Assembly: GCA_050115475.1 (NCBI GenBank)
Contig: JASFQL010000001.1
Span: forward strand, 62,554 to 126,553
Length of the DNA stretch: 64,000 bases
Reading direction: 5' to 3'
From: Anaerolineales bacterium
Lineage (GTDB): Bacteria; Chloroflexota; Anaerolineae; Anaerolineales; UBA11579
Below, one piece after another: positions 28,611-39,400 of the stretch (position 1 is its first letter; each line of letters begins with the position of its first letter). A program made the translations under genes and the position numbers. The notes below the pieces were generated by a model. The model did no database searches and was not told where the DNA came from. It saw nothing but the letters and a program-made list of their open reading frames with translations.

Positions 28611-29282
28611 TTAGTCCGGAAATCTCATTTCAGGCGCATAAACGACGGGGCCGTGCCCTGAGCAAACCACCTTTGGGTTCAATTCCTTTTGGCGTCTCGT
28701 AGAGGCGATGGCCTTGTCCCTGTCCCAGGTGATGGCGGGGTAAAGGTTGTAGAGGGTTTCCCCAGGGCGAGTGCGCAGAGAGTCGCCTACAAACAGGACC
28801 CCAGCGCCTTTGGCATAATAAGACAAGTGACCTGGCGTATGTCCGGGGGTGTCGATGACTTCCAGTCCCCCCAGGATGGGCAAGATCTGCCCGGGGGAGA
28901 GGATTTCATCCACATCGATCCTTGGCAGGTGGAATAGCTTTTCAAAGGTCGATATCAGGGGAGTAAACACTTTCCCGAACTTCAACTCCCGTGAGGATAT
29001 CCCTTCAACCATCGCTTCTGCGGCAGCCTGGCTGGCGCATACTTTAGCCCCACTGGCCTTTTTGAGGGCTTTTACGCTGCCCACGTGGTCGAAATCGGCG
29101 TGGGTGATGAGGATGGTCTTCAGGTCTGCCGGATCGCAGCAGATTGAACGGATGTAACTAAAAATTCTGCGAGTATAAAACGGCAGCCCGGCGTCTATCA
29201 GGGTCAAACTATCTTCCTCGACGATCAAAAACACATTCGCACCAATGAGATTGAGATAATGCACGTGGGGGATGATTTCCAT
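28611..29282 (-). CDS. MBL-fold metallo-hydrolase
   Basis: 223 aa with the HxHxDH motif (ITHADFDHVGS) and a downstream TPGHTPGH. Confidence 0.8.
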   Translation of the reverse strand: MEIIPHVHYLNLIGANVFLIVEEDSLTLIDAGLPFYTRRIFSYIRSICCDPADLKTILITHADFDHVGSVKALKKASGAKVCASQAAAEAMVEGISSRELKFGKVFTPLISTFEKLFHLPRIDVDEILSPGQILPILGGLEVIDTPGHTPGHLSYYAKGAGVLFVGDSLRTRPGETLYNLYPAITWDRDKAIASTRRQKELNPKVVCSGHGPVVYAPEMRFPD

Positions 29283-29286
29283 TGTC

Positions 29287-30075
29287 CTACACCTCCTGGG
29301 TTCTTTCTCTCTCCTGGGATTGGGTGAACCAATCCCCTCGCCACAACACGGTATCCAGCTGGACGCCCATGGCGCCGGCCGCTAACATGGCTTCAGCCTG
29401 TTTCGCTTGATATACACCGCCCCCGCCGATGACCTGCATGCCCATTTTCGCCATCTCACTTACGGTCCGCAAAACCTGCGGGAATACGCCATGCCCGTAC
29501 TGGCGGCCGTACACCAGTTCCCCCCGCAGGCCGGGCAGCGTCCCGCGCGGCGGCCCCAGGCTGACGGCCATTGCACCCGCTTTCACAACTGAGCTGCTAA
29601 GTTCCTTCGCCCGCATGAGGGGCAGGCGTGCGATCAGGGGCAGTTCACCCACCGAAGCCTTGATGATTTCCACTGCCTCAGGTACCTCGATCTCATCCGG
29701 CAGTCCGATCTCCACGGCAATCACGTTCTCGATCTCTTCCAGGCGTACGACCATCGACGCCATGTTTTCGGGGCTGTCCCCTAGCAGGTGAATGATGATC
29801 GGAAGAGGTGCTCGCCGCCAACGCCCCGCGAACCTCCGCAGGGATGTACTGAAACCGGGATTGGGGTGGCCCGTATGGAGGAGAACTCCGCCGGGGAACG
29901 GCAAGACTCGCTCTCCCCTGGATGGCTGGCGCGCTTTGCGGCTGATGGGGTTGGTGACAAAAGCACCGAACTGCTCCCACTCCACAGGCATCCGGGTATC
30001 TGGTACAAATCCCAAACTTCCGGCAGCGTTCATCAGGGGTTTTCGTAGTTCTATGGTCTGCTTAGAGGCTTCCAC
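29287..30075 (-). CDS. Dihydroorotate dehydrogenase-like TIM-barrel protein
   Basis: 262 aa. N-terminal LMNAAGSLGF and C-terminal IGGGGV...GAMGVQL resemble DHOD/FMN-barrel motifs. Shorter than canonical PyrD, and I could not place a catalytic residue. Confidence 0.5.
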   Translation of the reverse strand: MEASKQTIELRKPLMNAAGSLGFVPDTRMPVEWEQFGAFVTNPISRKARQPSRGERVLPFPGGVLLHTGHPNPGFSTSLRRFAGRWRRAPLPIIIHLLGDSPENMASMVVRLEEIENVIAVEIGLPDEIEVPEAVEIIKASVGELPLIARLPLMRAKELSSSVVKAGAMAVSLGPPRGTLPGLRGELVYGRQYGHGVFPQVLRTVSEMAKMGMQVIGGGGVYQAKQAEAMLAAGAMGVQLDTVLWRGDWFTQSQERERTQEV

Positions 30076-30179
30076 ATCTTTATTATATCGGGAATACGAT
30101 TACACACCTGTCCCCGTGTTATAATCCGGCACCTGAAAAGAAGAAACAACTCAATAATCCCAGTGAAAATGAGGTTGCT

Positions 30180-30938
30180 GTGTCATTCAATATTAATAAA
30201 ACCCAATTATTGGCATTCCTGATTCCTGTCTTTTTTCTTATCGGTCTGACTGCTGGTTATTTCCTTTGGGGGTCTGGCGGTACTATTCGCGACGAAAATG
30301 AAATTTTATCTCGGCTTGATAATATTGAGGACATCCTGCAAGATACCTTACTCGGCGGCAACCCTGTGGGGGCAGAGAATTCCGCCCAAGAAGATGTAGG
30401 GTCCGATCAGGTCAGACGATTTGATATTGAGATATTCGACGATGACCCCTTTTTAGGGCCTGAAGATGCGCCCATCACCATCGTCGAGTTTAGCGACTAT
30501 GCCTGTCCTTACTGCCGGCGCCATAAGGTGGAGGTTCTTGATAAAATTATGGATACCTACGAGGGGCAGATTCGCTATGTGTATAAAGATCTGCCGTTTC
30601 AGAACAACGCCTTGCCGGCTGCCATGGCAGCGATGTGCGCCCAGGAACAGGATATGTATTGGGAGTTCCACGACAAACTCTTCCTCATGGAAATGAGTCT
30701 GGGCACCGATGCCTATTTGCAGTATGCCCAGGACTTGGATCTGGACATGGATGCCTTCACGACCTGTCTGGAAGAGGAACGCTATGAAGATCGGGTCTTG
30801 GCAGATTTAAACTATGCTACGAACTTAGGTGTCAACTCCACACCGACATTCTTCATCAACGGCGTTACCGTGGTTGGAGCGCAGGGCTTTGAGGTATTTG
30901 CCCAGGTGATCGACGTAGAGTTAGCAGCGGAAAATTAA
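30180..30938 (+). CDS. DsbA-family thiol:disulfide oxidoreductase, membrane-anchored
   Basis: N-terminal TM segment, CxxC motif (YACPYCRR), and TPTFFING near the C-terminus. GTG start. Confidence 0.75.
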   Translation: MSFNINKTQLLAFLIPVFFLIGLTAGYFLWGSGGTIRDENEILSRLDNIEDILQDTLLGGNPVGAENSAQEDVGSDQVRRFDIEIFDDDPFLGPEDAPITIVEFSDYACPYCRRHKVEVLDKIMDTYEGQIRYVYKDLPFQNNALPAAMAAMCAQEQDMYWEFHDKLFLMEMSLGTDAYLQYAQDLDLDMDAFTTCLEEERYEDRVLADLNYATNLGVNSTPTFFINGVTVVGAQGFEVFAQVIDVELAAEN

Positions 30939-30963
30939 ACAATATCCCAAAATACAAAAACAT

Positions 30964-31001
30964 GACCTGATGGATATTAAAAGTCTATCGGGTCTTTTTT
31001 T
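30964..31001 (+). terminator. Intrinsic terminator after the dsbA-like gene
   Basis: GACCTGAT...ATCGGGTC imperfect stem followed by a run of 8 T. Confidence 0.55.
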
Positions 31002-31182
31002 CTATCCAAAACCCCTGCTCAAATTTCCCTCAGCCATCTACTGGTGAAGGCTATCCGGAAAATATCCTGGATTTAAAACACTCAAGTTTGTATACGAAGG
31101 TATACTCAAGTCGATGAGGATCCTCAATTTCCCAGGTGAAATTGAGGCATTCACTGTTTGACTATGGATGTAACAGACGACG

Positions 31183-32478
31183 ATGATTAGAATAAGCATC
31201 CAGGATCCGCGCTACATCTACCCTTTCAATGATTTTGCGCGCGATCTTAGAATCCTGAATAAACCGCTCTGGCTTCACCATAGCGATGTGCTTGCCCCTT
31301 ACGTCGAAGGCGAGCGTCAGGTCGGTGACCTGGAGGAAATCTTTGCTGCGGATTTTTTCACGGGAGAATCCGACCACGCCTGTATTGTCTACCGGGAAAA
31401 CTTGTTCTTCGACGAATTCTTCCTGGATGAGTTTATTGAAAAAGCCCAGGGACGCGGTACGGCCTGCCGGGCAGCGTTCTCCCCCACGGATCCATCCTTC
31501 AAGGAGCACGCCCTACCCCTTTCGACCTCTTACACGCCTGCGGGTGACTGTTTTTTGGCGGACCTTTGGTACTTCCCGGAGGGACCGACCCGTCAAGGTG
31601 TGGAACCCCTGGTAATCGACCTGGAAGCCAAGGAGATCGGATATTATCACGTCCCCACCTATATGGCGTCTCAGCAGGGCGATCTAACCTTTCAGGTCCC
31701 TTTGAAGTCCTTCATCGCCATAGATTCCTGGGTGCATATCTTCATCGCTGATATCGTATTCGGGCTTTTCGCCCGGGGGGCCCGCTTTGAGAAACACCTC
31801 AACGAGGTGGGGTTCAAGCTCCGCATCCTGGCGAGTTCTCTCTATGAAGGAAAACAACTCCTAGAAAACAGCCAGGTAGTAAAGATCGGTGAGAACTGTG
31901 TCGTCGATCCAACGGCCGTCATCCATGGCCCCACCACCATCGGGGATAACGTCACCATCGGTGCCGGTGCCGTGATCGAGAATTGTATCGTTGGCGATAA
32001 CGTGAATATATCCCAGGGATGCCAGTTGATGCTTTCCGTGGTGGGCGATGGCACCTTTTTGCCTTTCAGAGCTTCTTTATTTATGTCCACTTTGATGGAT
32101 ACCTGTATGGTCGCTCAAAATACCTGTCTGCAAATGTGTGTCGTGGGGCGGAACACCTTCATTGGGGCTGGCAATACCTTTACAGATTTTAATTTGATCC
32201 CCATGCCCATCCGTGCCATCGACGGGGATGGGACCTTGAAAGAAGCCAATCGCCCCGTTTTGGGCGGTTGTGTCGGCCATAATTGCCGTATCGGTTCTGG
32301 GATAGTCATTTCCCCGTCCAGGGTGATCGAATCCGATGTGGTCATCATCGCCTCGGATGAACGGCGTGTCATTGATAAGAATGTAACGTATGAAGAAAGC
32401 GACCACCATACTTATCCAACAGCCGGTCAGCACAAACGCCTTTATGACCCCGACCGGAAAGCACAGGAATCCTGGTGA
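31183..32478 (+). CDS. Hexapeptide-repeat (left-handed beta-helix) protein, function unknown
   Basis: 431 aa. The C-terminal half has hexapeptide periodicity (IHGPTTIGDNVTIGAGAVIENCIVGDNVNISQGCQL...). The N-terminal ~230 aa are unassigned. Confidence 0.55.
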   Translation: MIRISIQDPRYIYPFNDFARDLRILNKPLWLHHSDVLAPYVEGERQVGDLEEIFAADFFTGESDHACIVYRENLFFDEFFLDEFIEKAQGRGTACRAAFSPTDPSFKEHALPLSTSYTPAGDCFLADLWYFPEGPTRQGVEPLVIDLEAKEIGYYHVPTYMASQQGDLTFQVPLKSFIAIDSWVHIFIADIVFGLFARGARFEKHLNEVGFKLRILASSLYEGKQLLENSQVVKIGENCVVDPTAVIHGPTTIGDNVTIGAGAVIENCIVGDNVNISQGCQLMLSVVGDGTFLPFRASLFMSTLMDTCMVAQNTCLQMCVVGRNTFIGAGNTFTDFNLIPMPIRAIDGDGTLKEANRPVLGGCVGHNCRIGSGIVISPSRVIESDVVIIASDERRVIDKNVTYEESDHHTYPTAGQHKRLYDPDRKAQESW

Positions 32479-32515
32479 AGCTTGAATACGTTTGCATTTC
32501 TTTCGGAGGGACCCT

Positions 32516-33412
32516 ATGGGTAACGCAAGAATACTGGTAGTAGAAGATGATCATGATATCTCGAATATGCTGCAGTTGTATTTCAGCAGTCAGGGATATG
32601 AGGTAGATATTGCTCCCCGCGGCGAGGTCGCGTTGGACAAGACCCGCACGAACCTGCCTCACCTGATAGTCTTGGATATCATGCTGCCGGATATTGACGG
32701 CTACGAGGTTTGCCGCCGGTTGCGCACGAACATGCGCACCAGCCATATCCCCATCATCTTCCTCACCCAAAAGGACGAACGCAGTGATAAACTCCAGGGT
32801 CTTGAACTTGGTGCCGACGATTACATCACCAAACCTTTTGACATCGACGAATTGAAACTCAGGGTGAAAAATGCCATTGCCAGGGCCGAGCGAGAAAGCC
32901 TCACCGACCCGCGCTCCGGCCTGCCGTCTGGCAGGTTGATTGAAGACCAGCTTCGTAAGATTATCCGGGAGACTGAATGGTCGCTTCTCGATATGAAGAT
33001 TAGTAATTTTGAAGCTTTCAAAGAGGTTTATGGTTTTGTCGCTGCTGACGATGTCCTCCGTTTTACGACCATGCTGCTTGGTGAAGTCATGGACGAGTTC
33101 GGTTCCCCGGATGATTTCGTCGGGCATCCCGGGGGTGATAATTTCATTGTTATCACTTCAGAGGAGCGTGGAAGAAAAATCCAGCAAATCTTGAAAGAAC
33201 GTTTCGCAGATCAGGTTCTATCGCATTACAATTTTATCGATAGAGACCAGGGCTATCTTCTCATCACGAAAGACAACGGCGAAGAAGAAAAAGCCCCATT
33301 GATGTCGATATCTGTTGGCGCCATCTCGCCGAGCCAGCATTCATTTGCCGATATTCGGGAGATCACCGAAATGGCAGCTGAAGCCCGACGTAAAGATACG
33401 ATGGCGATTTAG
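32516..33412 (+). CDS. Response regulator: receiver domain plus degenerate GGDEF-like domain
   Basis: REC motifs (ILVVEDD, LIVLDIMLPDIDG, KPF). The C-terminal GGDEF-fold region has GGDNF in place of GGDEF. ATG at 32516 is preceded by GGAGGG. Confidence 0.8.
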   Translation: MGNARILVVEDDHDISNMLQLYFSSQGYEVDIAPRGEVALDKTRTNLPHLIVLDIMLPDIDGYEVCRRLRTNMRTSHIPIIFLTQKDERSDKLQGLELGADDYITKPFDIDELKLRVKNAIARAERESLTDPRSGLPSGRLIEDQLRKIIRETEWSLLDMKISNFEAFKEVYGFVAADDVLRFTTMLLGEVMDEFGSPDDFVGHPGGDNFIVITSEERGRKIQQILKERFADQVLSHYNFIDRDQGYLLITKDNGEEEKAPLMSISVGAISPSQHSFADIREITEMAAEARRKDTMAI

Positions 33413-33439
33413 GAAGCAGGAAATAGGTAAAGGTACTCG

Positions 33440-36400
33440 ATGTTTGGAATGGACTCGACTACGCTTGGAATTATTTTCGTTGCTGTTGGGGTTGTATTCT
33501 TGTTGCTTACCCCCCTATTGCTCCGGCTCGTACCATATTTGCGGCGTGTCACCCGGTCTTCATCCTCACCCTCAGTGTTTCCCTCGGATCTTCCCCCGAA
33601 TGAGAATGCAGTATTGGTTGTGCAGGAAGGCGGGCGGGTGATATATCTCAATGCTCGCGCTCGTGAATGGTTCAACCTGCTTGAAAGCGATACGCCCAAT
33701 CTCGAAAGGTTGGCCCGCAACACACGCCCGAATGAGGCTTTCCTTAACCTGTGCGCGGCTCCCGGGCGTGCTCGATTCAACCTGCACCAGTCATTGATCG
33801 AAGGCGTTTCCTACCAGATGCCATCTGAAGGACAGTCGGCCATCATGGTCACACTGCAGCAATTACAATTGAGTGGCTTGGAGGATGATGGTGGGCAGGC
33901 AGCGCATACGCTCAGCATTTTCAACGAGATCAGCCAGGATATGTCTGCCAGCTTGGACCTGCCGACCACCATTGAAACTATCCTGGAGAGTATTGATCGC
34001 TTGATTCCCTCCGATTTCTCAGAGATCACCTTATGGGACCAGGAAAACGAGTACCTCATTCCCTATCGTTTTCTCGTAGACGATGATGGCGTTCGCCGGC
34101 TGAAGAGGGGTTCAGACCGTTACCCGGTGACAGAAGGTTATTCAGGGCATATGGTATCAAATCAGGAACCTCTCATTATTGATCGGGTCAATGAATTCAC
34201 CGGTGCAAAACAATACGTAAACCGCCACCAATTCCCCATTAACTCTTTCTTGGGGCTCCCGCTCCATCTGCGGGGATTGATTATTGGTACGATTGAGCTT
34301 GCTTCCCAAACCCCGGAAGCGTTCAACCAGGGAGATTTAGAAGTCCTCGAAACACTTTCGGGGCATGCTGCCATCGCTTTGCAGAATGCCATCACACACT
34401 TCAAAGAACAGCAGCGCGCCACCGAAATGGCTGGCCTGGCAGAGTTGGCCCAGGTGAGCAGTACAATCTATAGTACCGATGAGCTCTACCAGCACCTGAT
34501 TGAATACATTTCCCCCCTGTTGAATGTGGAGATATTAGGCTTCCTCATCTATAACGAAGCCACACGCACCCTGGAAGGACAGGTACCTTTTCAGGGATTC
34601 CCTGATCAATTCACGATTTTATATAAGACCGTCATTGAAGAAGGTAGCTTGGCTGAAAAACTATGGGGAGAACAGGATATCATCATCACCGATGATATGA
34701 GCGATTCTTCGCCCTTGGGTTTGTTGGGGCTCAGCCCTTTGACCCAGGCGGCAGGCATACGCGAAACTGTGCTGCTGCCGCTGTGTTCCGGCAAACACTC
34801 ATTAGGATATCTCCAGGTTGCCAATAAATTGGACGGGTCGATGTTCACCGATGATGATTTGCGATTGTTGCGTATCATCGCCGGACACACCGCCCCCATC
34901 CTGGAAAATGCCCACCTTATTCGGCAATCCCGCCGTCGTGCTCAACGCGCCGAAGCCTTACGCAGGGTAGCCAGCCTGGCAGGGTCTGGGGCGACGATCG
35001 ATGAGATACTGAATTTTTCCGCGATGGAGTTGAGCCGCTTCTTGTATGCAGACAAGACCGTGCTGCTTCTCCTCGATGAGAATCTCGGCAGGCTGACGGT
35101 CCACGCCAGTTCACTCGTGGGCATAGACCAGGATAGTGCCAAACGCCTGACCGATTTCCTTGCCAGCGAAACCAGCTTGGGAGAGACTGTGACGACTAGC
35201 ACACTGCCCCTGATCTTTGATGATATTGAAGAAAGTCTGGCGGTCTCACCCTTTTATCACCGTTTATTCCAATGCTTGCCTGAAGTCCAATCCGCCATCA
35301 CCGTCCCCTTGATTATCCGGGATCGCGGCATTGGTGAACTCATCATCACCAGTACACAGGCAAACTTTTTCCACGTCAACGATAGTCTCTCCGCTGCAAC
35401 GGCCGCCGGTCAGCTCGCCAGTGCTCTAGAGCGATCCACTTTACTCACCCAGACAGATGAGAGCCTTCAACGCCGTGTGGATCAGCTTTCGACACTCAAC
35501 CGCATTGTTTCCGAATTGAATACCGCCGAAGATCTGAAAAAATTGCTCAAACAAGTTCGGAACGAAGTTGTCCGTACCACCGGATCGGATGAAGGGTCTG
35601 TCCTCTTGTTTAAGATGGAAGATGGTTCACCGAATTTCCATGAAATCGTGAATATTCAGGGGCCGTTTACCAGTGAAAAATTAGGGACTCTCGAACGAAA
35701 AGCTGTGAAGAAAGGTGTTGCTCTGGTAGCCGATGACGTTGAAAAAAATGGAGATAATCTTCCTTTGGCCAATGTCCGGTCTTACATGTTGGTGCCGGTT
35801 ATTTACCTCGGTAAAGTGATCGGATTGATACAGCTTTACAGTAAAAAACCAGATCATTTCGACCAGTTTGCCATGGAGGTGGCCCAAAACCTGGCTGTTC
35901 AGGCAGGAATTGCTATTAGTAATCTCCAGCGTTACCAAGACCAGTATGAAAAGAACAAAGACTTTTCCCGTCAATTGGGGTCCTTGGGGAAATTACTGCA
36001 AACTACTCAATCCCTCCAACCCGAAATGCCGATTGCAGAGTCGATGTCTGTTATCGCAGAAGGTATTCGTGAATCGAGTGTGTTTGATATCGTCATGGTC
36101 TATGGGTGTGAACCTGGTGATAGTTCCTTGCGGTTGGTTGCTGGAGCAGGGGTCCCATCAGATCAGCTCGAAGAATCTTGGGGTGCCAGGTACGGCTGGG
36201 ATCAACTCGATCCTATGATTCAGCCCGATTACCGCCGCGGCGATTCTTATTTTATTCCCTACTCCAAATCGTCTGAACTCCCATCTTTGATCCCGGATTA
36301 CGCCCTCATGGTTCTCACCATTCCAGATGATTCAGAAAATGCCTGGCAGCCCGGTGACAGGTTGGTCGTCCCCCTTCAAAACAATCAAGCGCATCCCATA

Positions 36401-39400
36401 GGTTTGATCGCTGTGGATGCCCCCCGTGACGGCCTTCGCCCCGATGACCTCTCCATTGAGACCCTGGAATTCTTTGCCGCTGAAGCCGCCCTGGTGATTG
36501 ATAGCTTCCAAAAGGCGGATGAACTCAGGCAGCAGATGACACTCATCGAGAGTGAGATTGCTCGTGCAGAGCAGTCAGGCCCTGCCAACCAGGAATACCT
36601 CTCGGTGATGCTCCAGAAGGATCTGGAACAGACCATCGCCATCCAGCAGCTTTATGACCGGGCCAGGAATATCCGGGTGGGGTTGAGAATAGCCGATATG
36701 ATAAATCGCCAGCCAAACCGGGAATCGGTCCTGACTTCTCTTGCCAGCCAGATGCTCACAGAGATGGAACTGGATATTGCCCTGGTCGCCGAATCATCCG
36801 AGGGGGGGCCTCGTTTATTGAACCAGTTCGGGAATCTCCCCCAGGGTTCGAATCCGCAAGCCTTGTTGGGCCAGCGCAATCCCCTGTGGCAGGCTCTCCA
36901 GACTGGAGAGACCATCTTTGTCTCAAATTTAGATGAAAATTCAGAATGGCAAAACACGCCCTTGTTGAAGAGCCTTGATACAAAAGGCTTCATCTCCCTG
37001 CCGATTGCTTCTGATGGGCAGGTGGAAGCCGCCGTCCTTGCCGTAAGCAACACTCCCCTCCCGGACGTGACCAAAGAAGATGAGCAGATTTACGACCTGA
37101 TTGCCAATCAGGTCTCCATCACCCTGCAGAACCTCAACCTGCTCACCGAAACCCGCAGAAGGCTGCGGGAAGTGAACCTGTTGTTGGATTTCAGCCGCGA
37201 ATTGGGGAGTCTGGATTGGCAAGAAATCCTCAATACCTTATTGATTAGCATCCGCCAGGTGATGCCGAATGCCCATGGAGCCATGATCGCACTTTACGAT
37301 GAAGACCAGGCCGTCTTGAACACCCAGGTGGCGGCAGGCTATACCGACAATGAACTCATCCAACAAATCAACCATGATACCGATGGATCACTTCTCGGAA
37401 AAGCTTATCAACAGAACGAGACCCTGATCGTCACTGAAATGGATTTCGCAAACCAATATCGCCTTTCTTCTGATGATCTCCTCCGGTATCGAGAAGCCAC
37501 TGGGGGCCGTCTGCCGGTATCTTGTATGGCCGTGCCGGTCAAGACCAGTGATACCACGCTCGGGGTTGTCCTGTTGGATAACTTCAACACACCAGCAGCC
37601 TTTTCAGAGGAGGACATTGCCCTGGTTGAGTCCCTCACTCAGCAGACGGCTCTAACACTCGAAAATGCGCGTTTGTATGAAGAAAGCCGCCGCCTGAACG
37701 AAGAGCTTGAACAGCGGGTCGCCGAACGCACGGAAGAGCTTGGGCGCGAACACCAGTTCACCCAGACCCTCTTGCGGATCAGCACGGAGTTATCTTCCAG
37801 TCTTGACCTGGACATGGTGTTGAACCGCTCGCTGGAGACTCTCAATCAGGTGACCGGCGGAGAGCAGAGCACGATTGTCATCATCCGGCCGCCGCAGGAG
37901 TACCTGATTTACAGGGCCGGGTCGGGGATTCACGAAGCGCCGCCGACCGGGGGGCGAATCTCCACTTTGAAGGTTGGCGAAGGCCTTGCCGGTTGGGTGG
38001 TCAAACACCGTAAACCTGTCGTCGTGCCCGATCTCTTGCTGGATGAACGCTGGAAGAAAGATCACGGCCTCACCACTGTCTACCGCTCTGCCATCTCCGT
38101 GCCTCTGACTGTGGGGGCCGATGCCCTTGGATGCTTGATGATCTATCACCGCGAACCGAACCACTTTAGAGCGGATCAGATTGACGCCATTCAAGCGGTG
38201 GCGAACCAGTTTGCGGTTACGATTAATAATGGCGAACTCTTCCGGCTGATTAGGGATCAGGCCGAAGATCTCGGAAAACACCTGCGCGCCCAGCAGATCG
38301 AGGCCAGCCGTTCCACGGCCATGTTGGAGGGCGTCGCCGATGGCGTGTTGGTCACCGATAACAACAGCGTCATTACCTTGTTCAACGATGCAGCCGAGGT
38401 CATACTCAAACTTAAGCGAGAGCAGGTCATCGGGAAATCGTTGGAAGAATTTATCGGTTTGTTTGGGGGGGCAGCTCAATCCTGGATGGATACGATTCGA
38501 GAGTGGTCCACAGACATGAGTAACCAATCTGAGGGGGCGATGTATTCTGAGCGCATCAACCTCGAAGATGGGCGCGTGATTTCTATACACCTCGCACCGG
38601 TGAGTGATCCCAAAGAGTTTCTCGGTACCGTTTCGATTTTCCGTGATATCACTCATGAGGTCGAGGTCGACCGCTTGAAATCCGAGTTCGTTGCCACGGT
38701 CAGCCATGAACTGCGTACGCCGATGACCCCCATCAAAGGCTATGTCGAATTCCTGCTTATGGGCGGGGCAGGTGACCTGAATGAAAAACAGGTCGAATTC
38801 CTGGATATCATCAAATCGAATATCGACCGCCTCAGCACCTTGGTGAACGATTTACTGGATGTCTCCCGGATTGAGGCCGGAAAAGTTGCCCTCTCATTCC
38901 AACCTATCGATATAATGGAAGTGTTGGAAAAGCTTACAGATAGTGTTCGCCAGCAGGCGGAAGAAGAAAATGGGCGCTCCTTGAACTTTGAGATTAACAC
39001 GCCCAAGGACCTCCCCAGTATTTACGGTGACGTCGACCGGGTGCGCCAGATTTTGAATAATCTCTTGGATAATGCCTATAAATACTCTCCACCGGGTAGT
39101 AAGATTACGATCGACCTCGCCATAGCCGATGACGAGGTCCAGGTGGATATTAGCGATGAAGGGATTGGTATTTTCCCGGATGAACACGAACGTATCTTCG
39201 AACGCTTTTATCGTGGCGAAAATCATCTCGTCATGGCAACAGCTGGCACCGGCCTGGGCCTCTCGATTGTGAAAGAACTGGTTGAAATGCACGATGGGCG
39301 TATTTGGGTCACCAGCACTGGTGTGCCCGATGAGGGCAGCACTTTTTCTTTCACACTTCCTATCTACCATGCTGATAGAGAAGAGGAGACGACACCAATC

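Noticed and set aside
37790-38707. 305-aa ORF antisense to the histidine kinase, and similar long antisense ORFs at 15639-16253, 26025-26627, 26839-27474, 55679-56206 and 62227-62778
   Set aside because: All lie entirely inside confidently assigned genes on the opposite strand of G+C-rich DNA, where long antisense frames arise by chance. Their products are Arg/Pro/Gly-biased with no recognisable motifs.
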